Below the pieces are notes generated by a model. The model was not told where the DNA came from, searched no databases, and was given only the letters and a program-made list of their open reading frames with translations. This document shows positions 22,881 through 35,760 of a stretch of DNA of 64,000 nucleotides, piece by piece; positions within the stretch are counted from its first letter, which is position 1; each line of letters opens with the position of its first letter. Made by a program: the position numbers and the translations under genes. Origin of the DNA: Octopus sinensis (taxonomy: Eukaryota); the NCBI RefSeq assembly GCF_006345805.1, contig NC_043023.1, positions 19,282,001-19,346,000 of the forward strand. The letters run 5' to 3'.

Positions 22881-25800
22881 AAATCTACCCCAGTATATCA
22901 CTGCTACTTTCTTTTACCAACCCCACAAGGACGAAAAGTAAAGTTAGTGTTAGTCTTCTATTGTAATTCCATTGACATCTCGGATGTTTTATAGGAATAT
23001 TAAATCTACCCCAGTATATCACTGCTACTTTATTTTATCAACCCCACAGCAATGAAAGGTAAAGTTAGTGTTAGTCTTCTATTATAATTCCATTGACATT
23101 TCAGATGTTTTATAGGAATATTAAATCTACCCCAGTATATCACTGCTACTTTATTTTATCAACCCCACAGCAATGAAAGGTAAAGTTAGTGTTAGTCTTC
23201 TATTATAATTCCATTGACATTTCAGATGTTTTATAGGAATATTAAATCTACCCCAGTATATCACTGCTACTTTATTTTATCAACCCCACAGCAATGAAAG
23301 GTAAAGTTAGTGTTAGTCTTCTATTATAATTCCATTGACATTTCAGATGTTTTATAGGAATATTAAATCTACCCCAGTATATCACTGCTACTTTATTTTA
23401 TCAACCCCACAGCAATGAAAGGTAAAGTTAGTGTTAGTCTTCTATTATAATTTCATTGACATCTTGGATGTTTTATAGGAATATTAAATCTACCCCAGTA
23501 TATCACTGCTACTTTATTTTATCAACCCCACAGCAATGAAAGGTAAAGTTAGTGTTAGTCTTCTATTATAATTCCATTGACATCTCGGATGTTTTATAGG
23601 AATATTAAATCTACCCCAGTATATCACAGCTACTATATTTTATCAACCCCACAACAATGAAAGGTAAAGTTAGTGTTAGTCTTCTATTATAATTCCATTG
23701 ACATCTTGATGTTTTATAGAATATTAAATCTACCCCACTATATCACTGCTACTTATTTTATCCACCCCACAACAATGAAAGGTAAAGTTAGTGTTAGTCT
23801 TCTATTATAATTCCATTGACATCTGGATGTTTTATAGAATATTAAATCTACCCCAGTATATCACTGCTACTTTATTTTATCAACCCCACAACAATGAAAG
23901 GTAAAGTTAGTGTTAGTCTTCTATTATAATTCCATTGACATCTTAATGGTTTATAGAAATATTAAATCTACCCCAGTATATCACTGCTACTTTATTTTAT
24001 CACCCCACAACAATGAAAGGTAAAGTTAGTGTTAGTCTTCTATTTAATTCCATTGACATCTTGATGTTTTATAGAAATATTAAATCTACCCCAGTATATC
24101 ACTGCTACTTTATTTTATCAACCCCACAACAATGAAAGGTAAAGTTAGTGTTAGTCTTCTATTATAATTCCATTGACATCTTGGATTATAGAAATATTAA
24201 ATCTACCCCAGTAATATCACTGCTACTTTATTTTATCAACCCCACAACAATGAAAGGTAAAGTTAGTGTTAGTCTTCTATTATAATTCCATTGACATCTT
24301 GGATGTTTTATAGAAATATTAAATCTACCCCAGTATATCACTGCTACTTTATTTTATCCACCCCACAACAATGAAAGGTAAAGTTAGTGTTAGTCTTCTA
24401 TTATATTCCATTGACATCTTGGATGTTTTATAGAAATATTAAATCTACCCCAGTATATCACTGCTACATTATTTTATCGACCCCACAACAATGAAAGGTA
24501 AAGTTAGTGTTAGTCTTCTATTATAATTCCATTGACATCTCGGATGTTTTATAGAAATATTAAATCTACCCCAGTATATCACTGCTACATTATTTTATCG
24601 ACCCCACAACAATGAAAGGTAAAGTTTGTGTTAGTAATTCTATTATAATTCCATTGACATCTTGGATGTTTTATAGAATATTAAATCTACCCCAGTATAT
24701 CACTGCTACTTTATTTTACCAACCCCCCACAACAATGAAGGTAAAGTTAGTGTTAGTCTTCTATTATAATTCCATTGACATCTCGGTGTTTTATAGGAAT
24801 ATTAAATCTACCCCAGTATATCACTGCTACATTATTTTATCGACCCCACAACAATGAAAGGTAAAGTTAGTGTTAGTCTTCTATTATAATTCCATTGACA
24901 TCTCGGATGTTTTATAGGAATATTAAATCTACCCCACTATATCACTGCTACATTATTTTATCCACCCCACAACAATGAAAGGTAAAGTTAGTGTTAGTCT
25001 TCTATTATAATTCCATTGACATCTTGGATGTTTTATAGAAATATTAAATCTACCCCAGTATATCACTGCTACTTTATTTTATCAACCCCACAACAATGAA
25101 AGGTAAAGTTAGTGTTAGTCTTCTATTATAATTCCATTGACATCTTGGATGTTTTATAGAAATATTAAATCTACCCCAGTATATCACTGCTACTTTATTT
25201 TATCAACCCCACAACAATGAAAGGTAAAGTTAGTGTTAGTCTTCTATTATAATTCCATTGACATCTTGGATGTTTTATAGAAATATTAAATCTACCCCAG
25301 TATATCACTGCTACTTTATTTTATCAACCCCACAACAATGAAAGGTAAAGTTAGTGTTAGTCTTCTATTATAATTCCATTGACATCTGGATGTTTTATAG
25401 AAATATTAAATCTACCCCAGTATATCACTGCTACTTTATTTTATCAACCCCACAACAATGAAAGGTAAAGTTAGTGTTTTCTTCTATTATAATTCCATTG
25501 ACATCTTGGATGTTTTATAGAAATATTAAATCTACCCCAGTATATCACTGCTACTTTATTTTATCAACCCCACAACAATGAAAGGTAAAGTTAGTGTTAG
25601 TCTTCTATTATAATTCCATTGACATCTTAATGGTTTATAGAAATATTAAATCTACCCCAGTATATCACTGCTACTTTATTTTATCAACCCCACAACAATG
25701 AAAGGTAAAGTTAGTGTTAGTCTTCTATTATAATTCCATTGACATCTTGGATGTTTTATAGAAATATTAAATCTACCCCAGTATATCACTGCTACTTTAT

Positions 25801-26653
25801 TTTATCGACCCCCCAACAATGAAGGTAAGTTAGTGTTAGTCTTCTATTATAATTCCATTGACATCTTCGATGTTTTTTAGGAATATTAAATCTACCCCAG
25901 TATATCACTGCTACTTTATTTTATTAACCCCACAACAATGAAAGGTAAAGTTAGTGTTAGTCTTCTATTATAATTCCATTGACATCTTGGATGTTTTTTA
26001 GGAATATTAAATCTACCCCAGTATATCACTGCTACTTTATTTTATCAAACCCAAACAATGAAAGGTAAAGTTAGTGTTAGTCTTCTATTATAATTCCATT
26101 GACATCTTAGATGTTTTATAGAAATATTAAATCTACCCCAGTATATCACTGCTACTTTATTTTATCAACCCCACAACAATGAAAGGTAAAGTTAGTGTTA
26201 GTCTTCTATTATAATTCCATTGACATCTCGGATGTTTTATAGAAATATTAAATCTACCCCAGTATATCACTGCTACTTTATTTTATCAACCCCACAACAA
26301 TGAAAGGTAAAGTTAGTGTTAGTCTTCTATTATAATTCCATTGACATCTTGGATGTTTTATAGAAATATTAAATCTACCCCAGTATATCACTGCTACTTT
26401 ATTTTATCAACCCCACAACAATGAAAGGTAAAGTTAGTGTTAGTCTTCTATTATAATTCCATTGACATCTCGGATGTTTTATAGGAATATTAAATCTACC
26501 CCAGTATATCACTGCTACTTTATTTTATCAACCCCACAACAATGAAAGGTAAAGTTAGTGTTAGTCTTCTATTATAATTCCATTGACATCTTGGATGTTT
26601 TATAGGAATATTAAATCTACCCCAGTATATCACTGCTACTTTATTTTATCAAC
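22881..26653. repeat. 121-bp satellite array 2 (~31 monomers)
   Basis: Same monomer and same orientation as array 1, with local variant blocks. Confidence 0.97.
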
Positions 26654-27651
26654 CACAGAAGGATAATAGTAACTATCAAAAGACATTTATGATCAGCTTT
26701 GTGCAAAATATTAATAAGAATGATTTGAAAACAAGCACGTAGCTGAAACCTTTTTCACACCAGTCCGTCCAAGACCACCCCTACTTCTGTGATACAACAT
26801 TCCTATTTTAAATTGATCTAAATTAAAACTTTCATCCATCAAAATTTCATGTTATGTTCTAAACACAAGTTTAAGAATTTTACTAAATTCTTCCATTATT
26901 TTAGAAATTAATTGAAACAAGGGTAAGATATTTCAGCAGAAATATGGTAACCAAAGGGTTAAAGTGATCTTAATTTAAAACCTCCCATCAATATTTCATG
27001 TTAATTTATGTTTAATTTATGTTAATTCATGTTAATTTATGTTTAATTTATGTTTAATTTATGTTAATTTATGATCCAAACACCAGCTGAATAGGGACAA
27101 AGTTATTTTACTAAATTCTTCATAATTTTCGAAATTAATTGAAAGAAAGGCAGTGGGTTTCAGCAGAAAAATGGTAACAAAAGGTGTAGATAATACATAA
27201 ACACTAGCAAAAACATAGCGGAACATATATGCATGTGTAGGTGTGAGATGATCATGGTATAAAACAGTAATAATAATAATAATAACAACCACAATAAAAT
27301 AATAATAATGATATTGGGGAACAGAACAAAAATTTATGTATATATATATATATATATATAAATAAAAGTAATTTGAAATAAAAAAAAGAAAACAAAAAAC
27401 AAAGAAAACATAAATAAAACAGGAAAAAATATCAAAAATATACAAAACCACTTAGAAAAAAAAAAACAAAACAGAGGGAGAGTTTTTATAACAAAAAATA
27501 TACAGAAATACAAAAGCTAGAAAGGCGCTGGTGTATATACTATGGTTTGTAATGTATACAGACCTTATGTATATAATATATACATACATGCACAATGGAC
27601 ACATACACATGTTTATGCAGTTACACACATATGCATTATAAATATGTAACA

Positions 27652-28718
27652 TTTATTATATACAAATATATATATATACATATATTATATAAATATAAAA
27701 TGTATATATATTAATTATATAAATATATGTATATATTATATAAATATAAAATGTATATATATTAATTATATAAATATATGTATATATTATATAAATATAA
27801 AATGTATATATATTAATTATATAAATATATGTATATATTATATAAATATAAAATGTATATATATTAATTATATAAATATATGTATATATTATATAAATAT
27901 GAAATGTATATATAAATATATATATATATATATATTAATTATATGAATAATATGCATATATATTATATAAATATAAATATATACATATTAATTATATAAA
28001 TATAATATGTATATTATATAATATAAAATGTATATATATTAATTATATAAATATATGTATATATTATATAATATAAAATGTATATATATATATATTAATT
28101 ATATAAATATATGTATATATTATATAATATGAAATGTATATATAATATATATATATATATATATTAATTATATGAATAATATGCATATATATTATATAAA
28201 TATAAATATATACATATTAATTATATAAATATAAATATATACATATTAATTATATAAATATATGTATATATATATAATATATATATATATATTATATAAA
28301 TATATACATATTAATTATATATATATAATATGCATATATAAATATAAAATGTATATATATTAATTATATAAATATATGTATATATTATATAAATATAAAA
28401 TGTATATATATTAATTATATATATATATATATATTATATATATATAAATATAAAATGTATATATATTAATTATATAAATATATATATATTATATAAATAT
28501 GAAATGTATATATAAATATATATATATATATATTAATTATATGAATAATATGCATATATATTATATAAATATAAATATATACATATTAATTATATATATA
28601 TAATATATATATATATTAATATAAAATGTATATATAACTATAATATATATACGTATAAATTATATAAATATATACATATTAATTATATATATATAATATG
28701 CATATATAAATATAATAT
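27652..28718. repeat. nearly pure A/T minisatellite, 51-bp basic period
   Basis: aaaatgtat recurs at 27701, 27752, 27803 and 27854. Confidence 0.85.
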
Positions 28719-28942
28719 ATTGTTTTTCAGGATGGTGGTTGTTCTTTATTTTTGTTTTTGCTAAATAAACAAGCACTATATAGTTGTTCTTCACTATATT
28801 TTCATTATTACAGTAATAAAACGAGTGAAGAACAAATATAGTGTGTGTTTATTTGGCAAAAACAATGATCATCCCAAAATAGAACAATATTTGTTTCAAC
28901 ACACGGTTTCACATCAGGAATCTTGCAATACAAATCCATATG

Positions 28943-28978
<36 letters not shown>

Positions 28979-30567
28979 AACATGCAAGGCAGGGTCATTA
29001 TGAAGTGTTTGTGCAAGCTAATAGAGACCTTTAGTCCTAATTACACTAGAAGTAATCTGTGACTAGAATAAAAAGAATGCATTTTTGCGTACATTTGTGT
29101 GTGTATGTGTGAGAGAGAGAGAAGAGGTAAGGCTTAGTAGTTAGGCTGCTGCACTCACGATCACTAGACCAACGGTTCAATTCTCATACTGGGCATCATG
29201 TTGTGTTCTTGGAGCAACTTTCGATTGGGAGTGAAGTGCCGGTCAGGTTGCCTAGCAAGCACGGTGGCATCATTCAAAAGCTAAAACGATGCAGAGTGCA
29301 TTGTGACCAGCGATGTTGTTTAACAACAGTTGATAGTTTTCTTGGTCAGGTAATCACAATATATGTGCGTGTATGTGTGTATACATATGTATATATAGGC
29401 TTGTGATCAGGGTGTTGCATTCACATTTGCAAGGGACCAGGAGTTCTGGCGATTTGCTGTACTTGAGAAGAGGCGCCAAGCTAAGTAAAATCTCGGTCAC
29501 CCATATCTACAGGCTTGTCCCTTACAGGTGCCAATGCCAAGTGAAATGCACTCGTGTAGGTGCCGCATAAAAACACACCCACACTGGTGGCACATACAAA
29601 GCACCCAATACACCCTGAAAAGTGGCTGGCATTAGAAAGGGCATCAAGTCAAAGAAACTGGACAGCTCCATGTCACACTGCCCAACTCATGCCAGCATGG
29701 AAAACGGATGTTAAATGATGATAAATCCTATTATCAAACGAAATGTGTGTAATGGTGTATAAATAATATCAAAGGAATCTCTCCGGCTCCTTGTCTTGAT
29801 ATATTATAACTAACAATTAGTAATATTAGATATGTAGGGTGGAGGTATGTTTTCCTATGACTGGGTACCCTACTTGTTGAGTATCCAGCTGTCAAAAACC
29901 CAAGGAAACCTGTGACCTTCAATAAGAGCCAAGTTGGTATGCTATGATCCCTCAAACCAATGCCAGCATGGAAAAGTGTACATAAAAACAATAGTGGAGG
30001 CAATGGTTGTGATGGTCGTACAGAAATATTTATAAATCTTAAATTTAAAAATTGCACAAGAGCTTTACAATGACACTGCATGTTATATTATATATATGTA
30101 TGTATTGAGTGAACTTGCCATGAGGGGTGGAAAACCCATCTTTCCAAACAGTGTCCTTCATGAGACGAAAAGTTCAAAGGAGAGAAATTAGGGAAATTTA
30201 TACACCTGCAGAGTCAACGGAAAAAAGAGAAATTGGATGTAAAACCTCTGTTGTCTCTCATTGATTTCTCTTCTTTCAGCTTTACTCTTGAAAAAGGACC
30301 AAGTTTAAAATGTTGGGGGTTTTTCAATCCCCACAGCAATTCACTTTACACTTTGTATCGCTGATACTACATAATACGTCTTGCTGACAGAGAACAACAC
30401 CAGCCTCATTAAAGTTTGATCATACATACATACATTATATATATATACGTACATCAAATATAAATACCAAATATACATATCATTATTGACTACACACACT
30501 CAATGTCCTTTGCTTGTTTGCCAGTAGGCTGCGAATTAGCACGGTAGGGACGACTCCCTCAAAGCGC

Positions 30568-30601
<34 letters not shown>

Positions 30602-33514
30602 ATACATTTGGATTTACAAAAGGTTTACAAGATTTTTAGCCAAACAGTTTCACTCCCAGACGCCGTGCACACACAATTCCATATTTCTGATTTGTAATAA
30701 CAACAACAACAATACCAATTCAATTAAAATATTGCATGGGCTGGAGGGGACAAAAGGTTGACTCTACCCAGCTTATTTCATTACCTGACTGATCGTTACT
30801 GTAACGACTCTGCCAGAACAGGATATAACATTTCACAGCTTGTGGTGAGAGATCTATAGCCTATACTTATCATGAACTAAAAGCCAGTGAAAGATCCCAT
30901 CTCTGGGTTGCATTTTTCAGCCATTTCACTGTGGTCATGCTGGAGTACCACCCAGAAGAGTTTTTAGTTAAATGAACTTGACCCCAGGACTTATTCTATC
31001 AATCTCTTCTGCTGAACTGCTAAGCTATGGTGATTTAAACACACCAACCCCATTTGTCAAGTAGTCATGAGGGAACATACAGACATAAAGACACGTAGAT
31101 ATCTATCTACCTGTCTATATACATACAAAGGGTTTGTTTCAATTTCCATCTCCCAAACCCGCTCACCTATAGGGCCATACAATGGGACTGAACACAGAGC
31201 AATGTGGTGGTGGGGACGCAAGCTTCCAACCACAGCCACGCCTGCACCTTTACCCCAATGTTTTTGTATTTCTAAGCCCAGGAGAAAAAGTGTGCCCACA
31301 AGATCCTTTACCAGGGCCTTGGATGAGGAGAAGGTATCCTTAAACTGAAAGCCTAACCTGGATGTTTGCAACAGAATAAAGGGACAGGGAGTCTACTAAA
31401 AAAAAAACCCCAGGGGTGAAGAAGTGGTGGTGGTATTAAACCAGGCAATAGATGAAGTCTGCTACCCATATAGAGGTGGGTGGGTAGGTATTTAAACCCA
31501 GAAGGGAAGCTATATATTCACTTCAAGCAAGACACTCGCTCCTGTCCCTCTACCCTACTTTCACATCCCTCATTACTAGTAGGGGCACTTGGCTTAGTGG
31601 TTAGGGTGTCGGACTCACAGTTGTAAGATTGTGATTTCAATTCCTGGACTGGGCTATGCATCATGTTCTTAATCTGAGCAAAACACTTCAGTTTAGGAGG
31701 CAGGGGTTGATTACATCGACCCCAGTTGCTCAAGTGTAGTACTTATTTTATCAACCCCAAAAGGAAGGAATAATAATAATAATAATAATAATGATGATGA
31801 TAATAATAATAATCCTTTCTATTATAGGCACAAGGCCTGAAATTTTTTGGGGAAGGGGACTAGTTGATTACATTGACCCCAGTGTTTCACTGGTACTTAT
31901 TTTATTGACCCTAAAAGGATGAAAGGCTAAGTCTACCTCGGTGGCATTTAAACTCAGAACACGAGGACGGATGAAATGCTGTGAAGCATTTTGCCCGACG
32001 TGCTAACGATTCTGCTAGTTATGGAACAAGGCTAGCAATTTTGAAGGGAAGGGGCCAAGCCAATTACATCGATCCCAGTATGTGTCTGGTACTTTATTTT
32101 ATTGACCCCAAAACGACGAAAGACAAAGCTGACTTCATCAGAATAATAATAATAATACAAAGTTTTAGTTCATGCACAGCATTTAAAATATTTCAACAAT
32201 TCATTAACATTCATTTTTCATCAATACAATTCAATCGTTTAAAGCCACTTTGTGCTGACAGGTAATCCTAAATCTTACAGTAATATACAGAACAAAGATG
32301 CTTTTTAAAGCTACACACGTGTCATCAAGTACCACACTTACAAACTCTTATAAATGCCGTTGGTGTGTGGGGTTCTGAAATGATTAAGGAGACCAACACA
32401 AGACCGAGAGATCGGATCCAGGTCCAGCAAAAGTGCGTGAACACATACCATGAACAAAACCTATAAGATGACAAACAATCCTGGTGATGACACAAGCTGT
32501 GTATGATGGTGTGGATGTGAGAGAGTTTGGTGACATTCTTGTATTTGATGTGTACAGAGCTTGATAGTATATCTCTCTCACAAACACATGTATACCTATT
32601 TCTTTACTACCCACAAGAGGATAAACACAGAGGGGACAAACAAGGACAGACAAACGGATTAAGACGATTACATCGACCCCAGTGCGTAACTGGTACTTAA
32701 TTTATCGACCCTGAGAGGATGAAAGGTGAAGTCGACCTCGGCGGAATTTGAACTCAGAACGTAACGGCAGACGAAATACTATTTCTTAACTACCCACAAG
32801 GGGCTAAACAGAGGGGACAAACAAACGGATTAAGACGATTACATCGACTCCAGTGCGTAACTGGTACTTTATTTATCGACCCTGAGAGGATGAAAGGTGA
32901 AGTCGACCTCGGCGGAATTTGAACTCAGAACCTAACGGCAGACGAAATACAGCTATGCATTTCGCCTGGCGTGCTAACATTTCTGCCAGCTTGCCGCCTT
33001 AAACACATGTATACCGTCATACGTTTAGCCAAGTAGAATTACATATCTGAAGTATGGCTTCATGCAATTTTAAAATGGCCATATCTGGTCCAAACATTCT
33101 ACCTGTGTTATGATCAAATTGGCCAGAGTTGGCATCTCGTACCTACCCTACAATGCCGATCTAAAAACATACCATCACACCATCAAAATCTCAAAGCTAT
33201 GAGATAACATATGATCAATTCGTAACAATGTGAAGGAATAAGCTTTACATTTGACAAAGTAATCTGACGGTGAAAGGATTAATGTTGACACGAAATGACA
33301 ACTGGACCTAAATTTAGTTTCACAAATGTAAATGATAACCCTACATAGCCAGTAGGGGGTGGCATCATTCGAAAGCTAAAAAAATGATGCAAAGTGCATT
33401 GTGAGCAGCAGTATATAACAACATCCAATAGTTTGATCCATCATGTAATCAGGTGATATATATGTGTGCTTGTGTGTATGTATATATATATATATATTAT
33501 ATATATATATACTC

Positions 33515-33792
33515 TTTACTCTTACTTGTTTCAGTCATTTAACTGCGGCCATGCTGGAGCACCGCCTTTAATCGAGCAACTCGACCCCGGGACTTATTCT
33601 TTTGCAAGCCCAGTACTTATTCTATTGGTCTCTTTTGCCAAACCGCTAAGTAACAGGGACATAAACACACCAGCATCAGTTGTCAAGCAATGCTAGGGGG
33701 ACAAACACAGACACACAAACACAAATATACATATATACGACGGGCTTCTTTCAGTTTCCGTCTACGAAATCCACTCACAAGGCTTTGGTCGG
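33515..33792 (-). mobile_element. family A SINE (head missing)
   Basis: Close to the family consensus body. Other diverged copies lie at ~6070-6215, 17265-17410, 30915-31250, 44320-44670 and 50135-50300. Confidence 0.8.
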
Positions 33793-34771
33793 CACACACA
33801 CACACACACACACATACACATAAGCTGAGGGGACAAATGAAAGAAAGAAGCACTCAACATATTTAGTATACATATTAAAAACAGTTCGATTCGGCCCTAA
33901 GCAACTTAAAAAGTTTCATATAGAAACCTAGGGTATCAGACTCGGTAAACCAAATGGAGAAGATGTAGGAAGTCCGAGATGGCTAACAGAAACTGGGCTA
34001 CACACACATACGTGCATGCATTCATACATACATACATATACATAACTTCAGCTGTAGAGATTTGTATATAAGCAGTCTTTATAATAATAGTACCGACAAT
34101 ATTTATAATGAGTTTATGATCAACAAGATCGGCATGCATTAACACTGGGTCATCAAAAATATGTGAAAATACAGAAACAAAAAAAAAAAAAAAAATACAA
34201 GTTGTACATCAATTATGATAATTACAGACACACAAAAAAATATAATTAATGAAGGTAATATAAATAATAATAATAATAATCCTTTCTACAATAGGCACAA
34301 AGCCTGAAATTTTAGGGGAGGGTCTAGTCGATTGCATCGACCCCAGTACTCCACTGGTACTTAATTTATCGACCAATAGAGGATGAAAGGCAAAGTCGAC
34401 CTTGGCGGAATTTGAACTCAGAACGTAGCAGTCGACAAAATACCATTAAGTATTTTGTCCAACGTGCTAACGATTCTGCCAGCTCGCTACTTTAATAATG
34501 ATGATGATGATGATGATGATGACTTCAAATTTTGGCACAAGGCCAAAAAGTTTGGGGAAGGGCCAAAGTTAATTACATTGACCTCAGTGCTCAACTGTTA
34601 CTGATTTAATTGACCCCGAAAGGATAAAAAGCTAAGTCGACTTTGGTGGAATTTGAACTCAGAATGTAAGGACGGACAAAATGCTGCTAAGCATTTCATC
34701 CGGCATGCTAACGATTTTGCCAGCTCACTGCCTCAACAACAACAACAATAATAATAATACTTTTGGTCCAA

Positions 34772-35157
34772 CCCCTCCTCAAAGCGGTAGGGTGGTGTAA
34801 ACGGGCAGTGTCAGAGCTATGCCGTCGGGAACTTCGATTTCTGGTAGGGCCCCGCAAGGCGGATTGGTCTGACACCGAGTGGTATTAGGGCCACAGCCTG
34901 GCCAATGGGGCTCTGGTGAAAATTCCAAAACTTCCGAGAGGCGCCTGATTGGCAACTGGCGGCTTCTAGGTCGTTCTGTCCCTGCATCTGTGGAGACTCC
35001 GTGGCAAACAGGGCATCCCGTCACTCAGGTTATGCATGCGGGATGTCGGGGACAGCTCGTGAATTCAATATTCTCAAGAAACTTCTTCTATGCCGTCAGG
35101 ACCAGAGAAGAATCCGGCTCAACCCACCCTGTGTGAACGCCGTCAAAAGTAAGTAAG
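34772..35157 (+). mobile_element. second, unexpanded copy of the GC-rich structured element
   Basis: Same 5' start (cccctcctca), same core (gtgtcagagctatgccgtcgggaacttcg...tctgacaccgagtggtatt) and same aagtaagtaag tail as the 9570 copy. Confidence 0.7.
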
Positions 35158-35594
35158 AGGGAGTTGGTTGATTACATTGACCCCCCCTCCTCCCAGTGCT
35201 CAACTGGTACTTATTTTGTCGACCCTGCCTTGACCCCAGAGGGCGAAAGGCATTGTTGACTTCGGCAGGATTTGAACTTAAAACATGAGGCGCTGATAGA
35301 AATGTCACGAAGCGTTTTTTACGATGCAATAATGATTCTGCCAGCTTGATACCCAACTAACAACAACAAGAATAATAACCCTTTCTACTATAGGCACAAA
35401 GCCTGAAGTTTGTGGGGAAGGGGACCAGTCCATTACATTGATCCCAGTGGTTCACTGGTACTTAAATTTTTCAACCCCGAAAGGATGAAAGGCAAAGCCA
35501 CCTCTGCGGAATTTGAACTCAGAACATGGCGGTGGGTGAAATACCACTTAGCATTTCATCCAGCGTGCTAACGATTCTGCCAGTTCACCGCATT

Positions 35595-35760
35595 AATAAC
35601 AACAACAACAGTAACAATCAATAATAATAGTAGTAGTAGCAATAATAATAATAATAAAAATAGTAGCAATAATAATAATAATAATAATAATAGTAGCAAT
35701 AATAATAACAATAATAATAATAATAATAGTAGCAAGAATAATAATAATAATAATAATGTA
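35595..35760. repeat. (AAT/AGT/AAC)n trinucleotide field
   Basis: Directly visible; gives the poly-Leu and poly-Ile spurious ORFs. Confidence 0.85.

Larger units (their letters stand above)
31690..35590 (-). mobile_element. dense cluster of ~9 family B SINEs, all sense on the minus strand, separated by (TAA)n/(TGA)n
   Basis: Repeated gattacatcgaccccagt...actggtacttaatttatcgacccc...gaaaggcaaagtcgacctcggcggaatttgaactcagaac. Confidence 0.85.

Noticed and set aside
17677-26653. Regularly spaced repeats with a small variable segment, superficially CRISPR-like
   Set aside because: Monomers are contiguous near-identical 121-mers with no unique spacers, there are no cas genes, and the context is eukaryotic.
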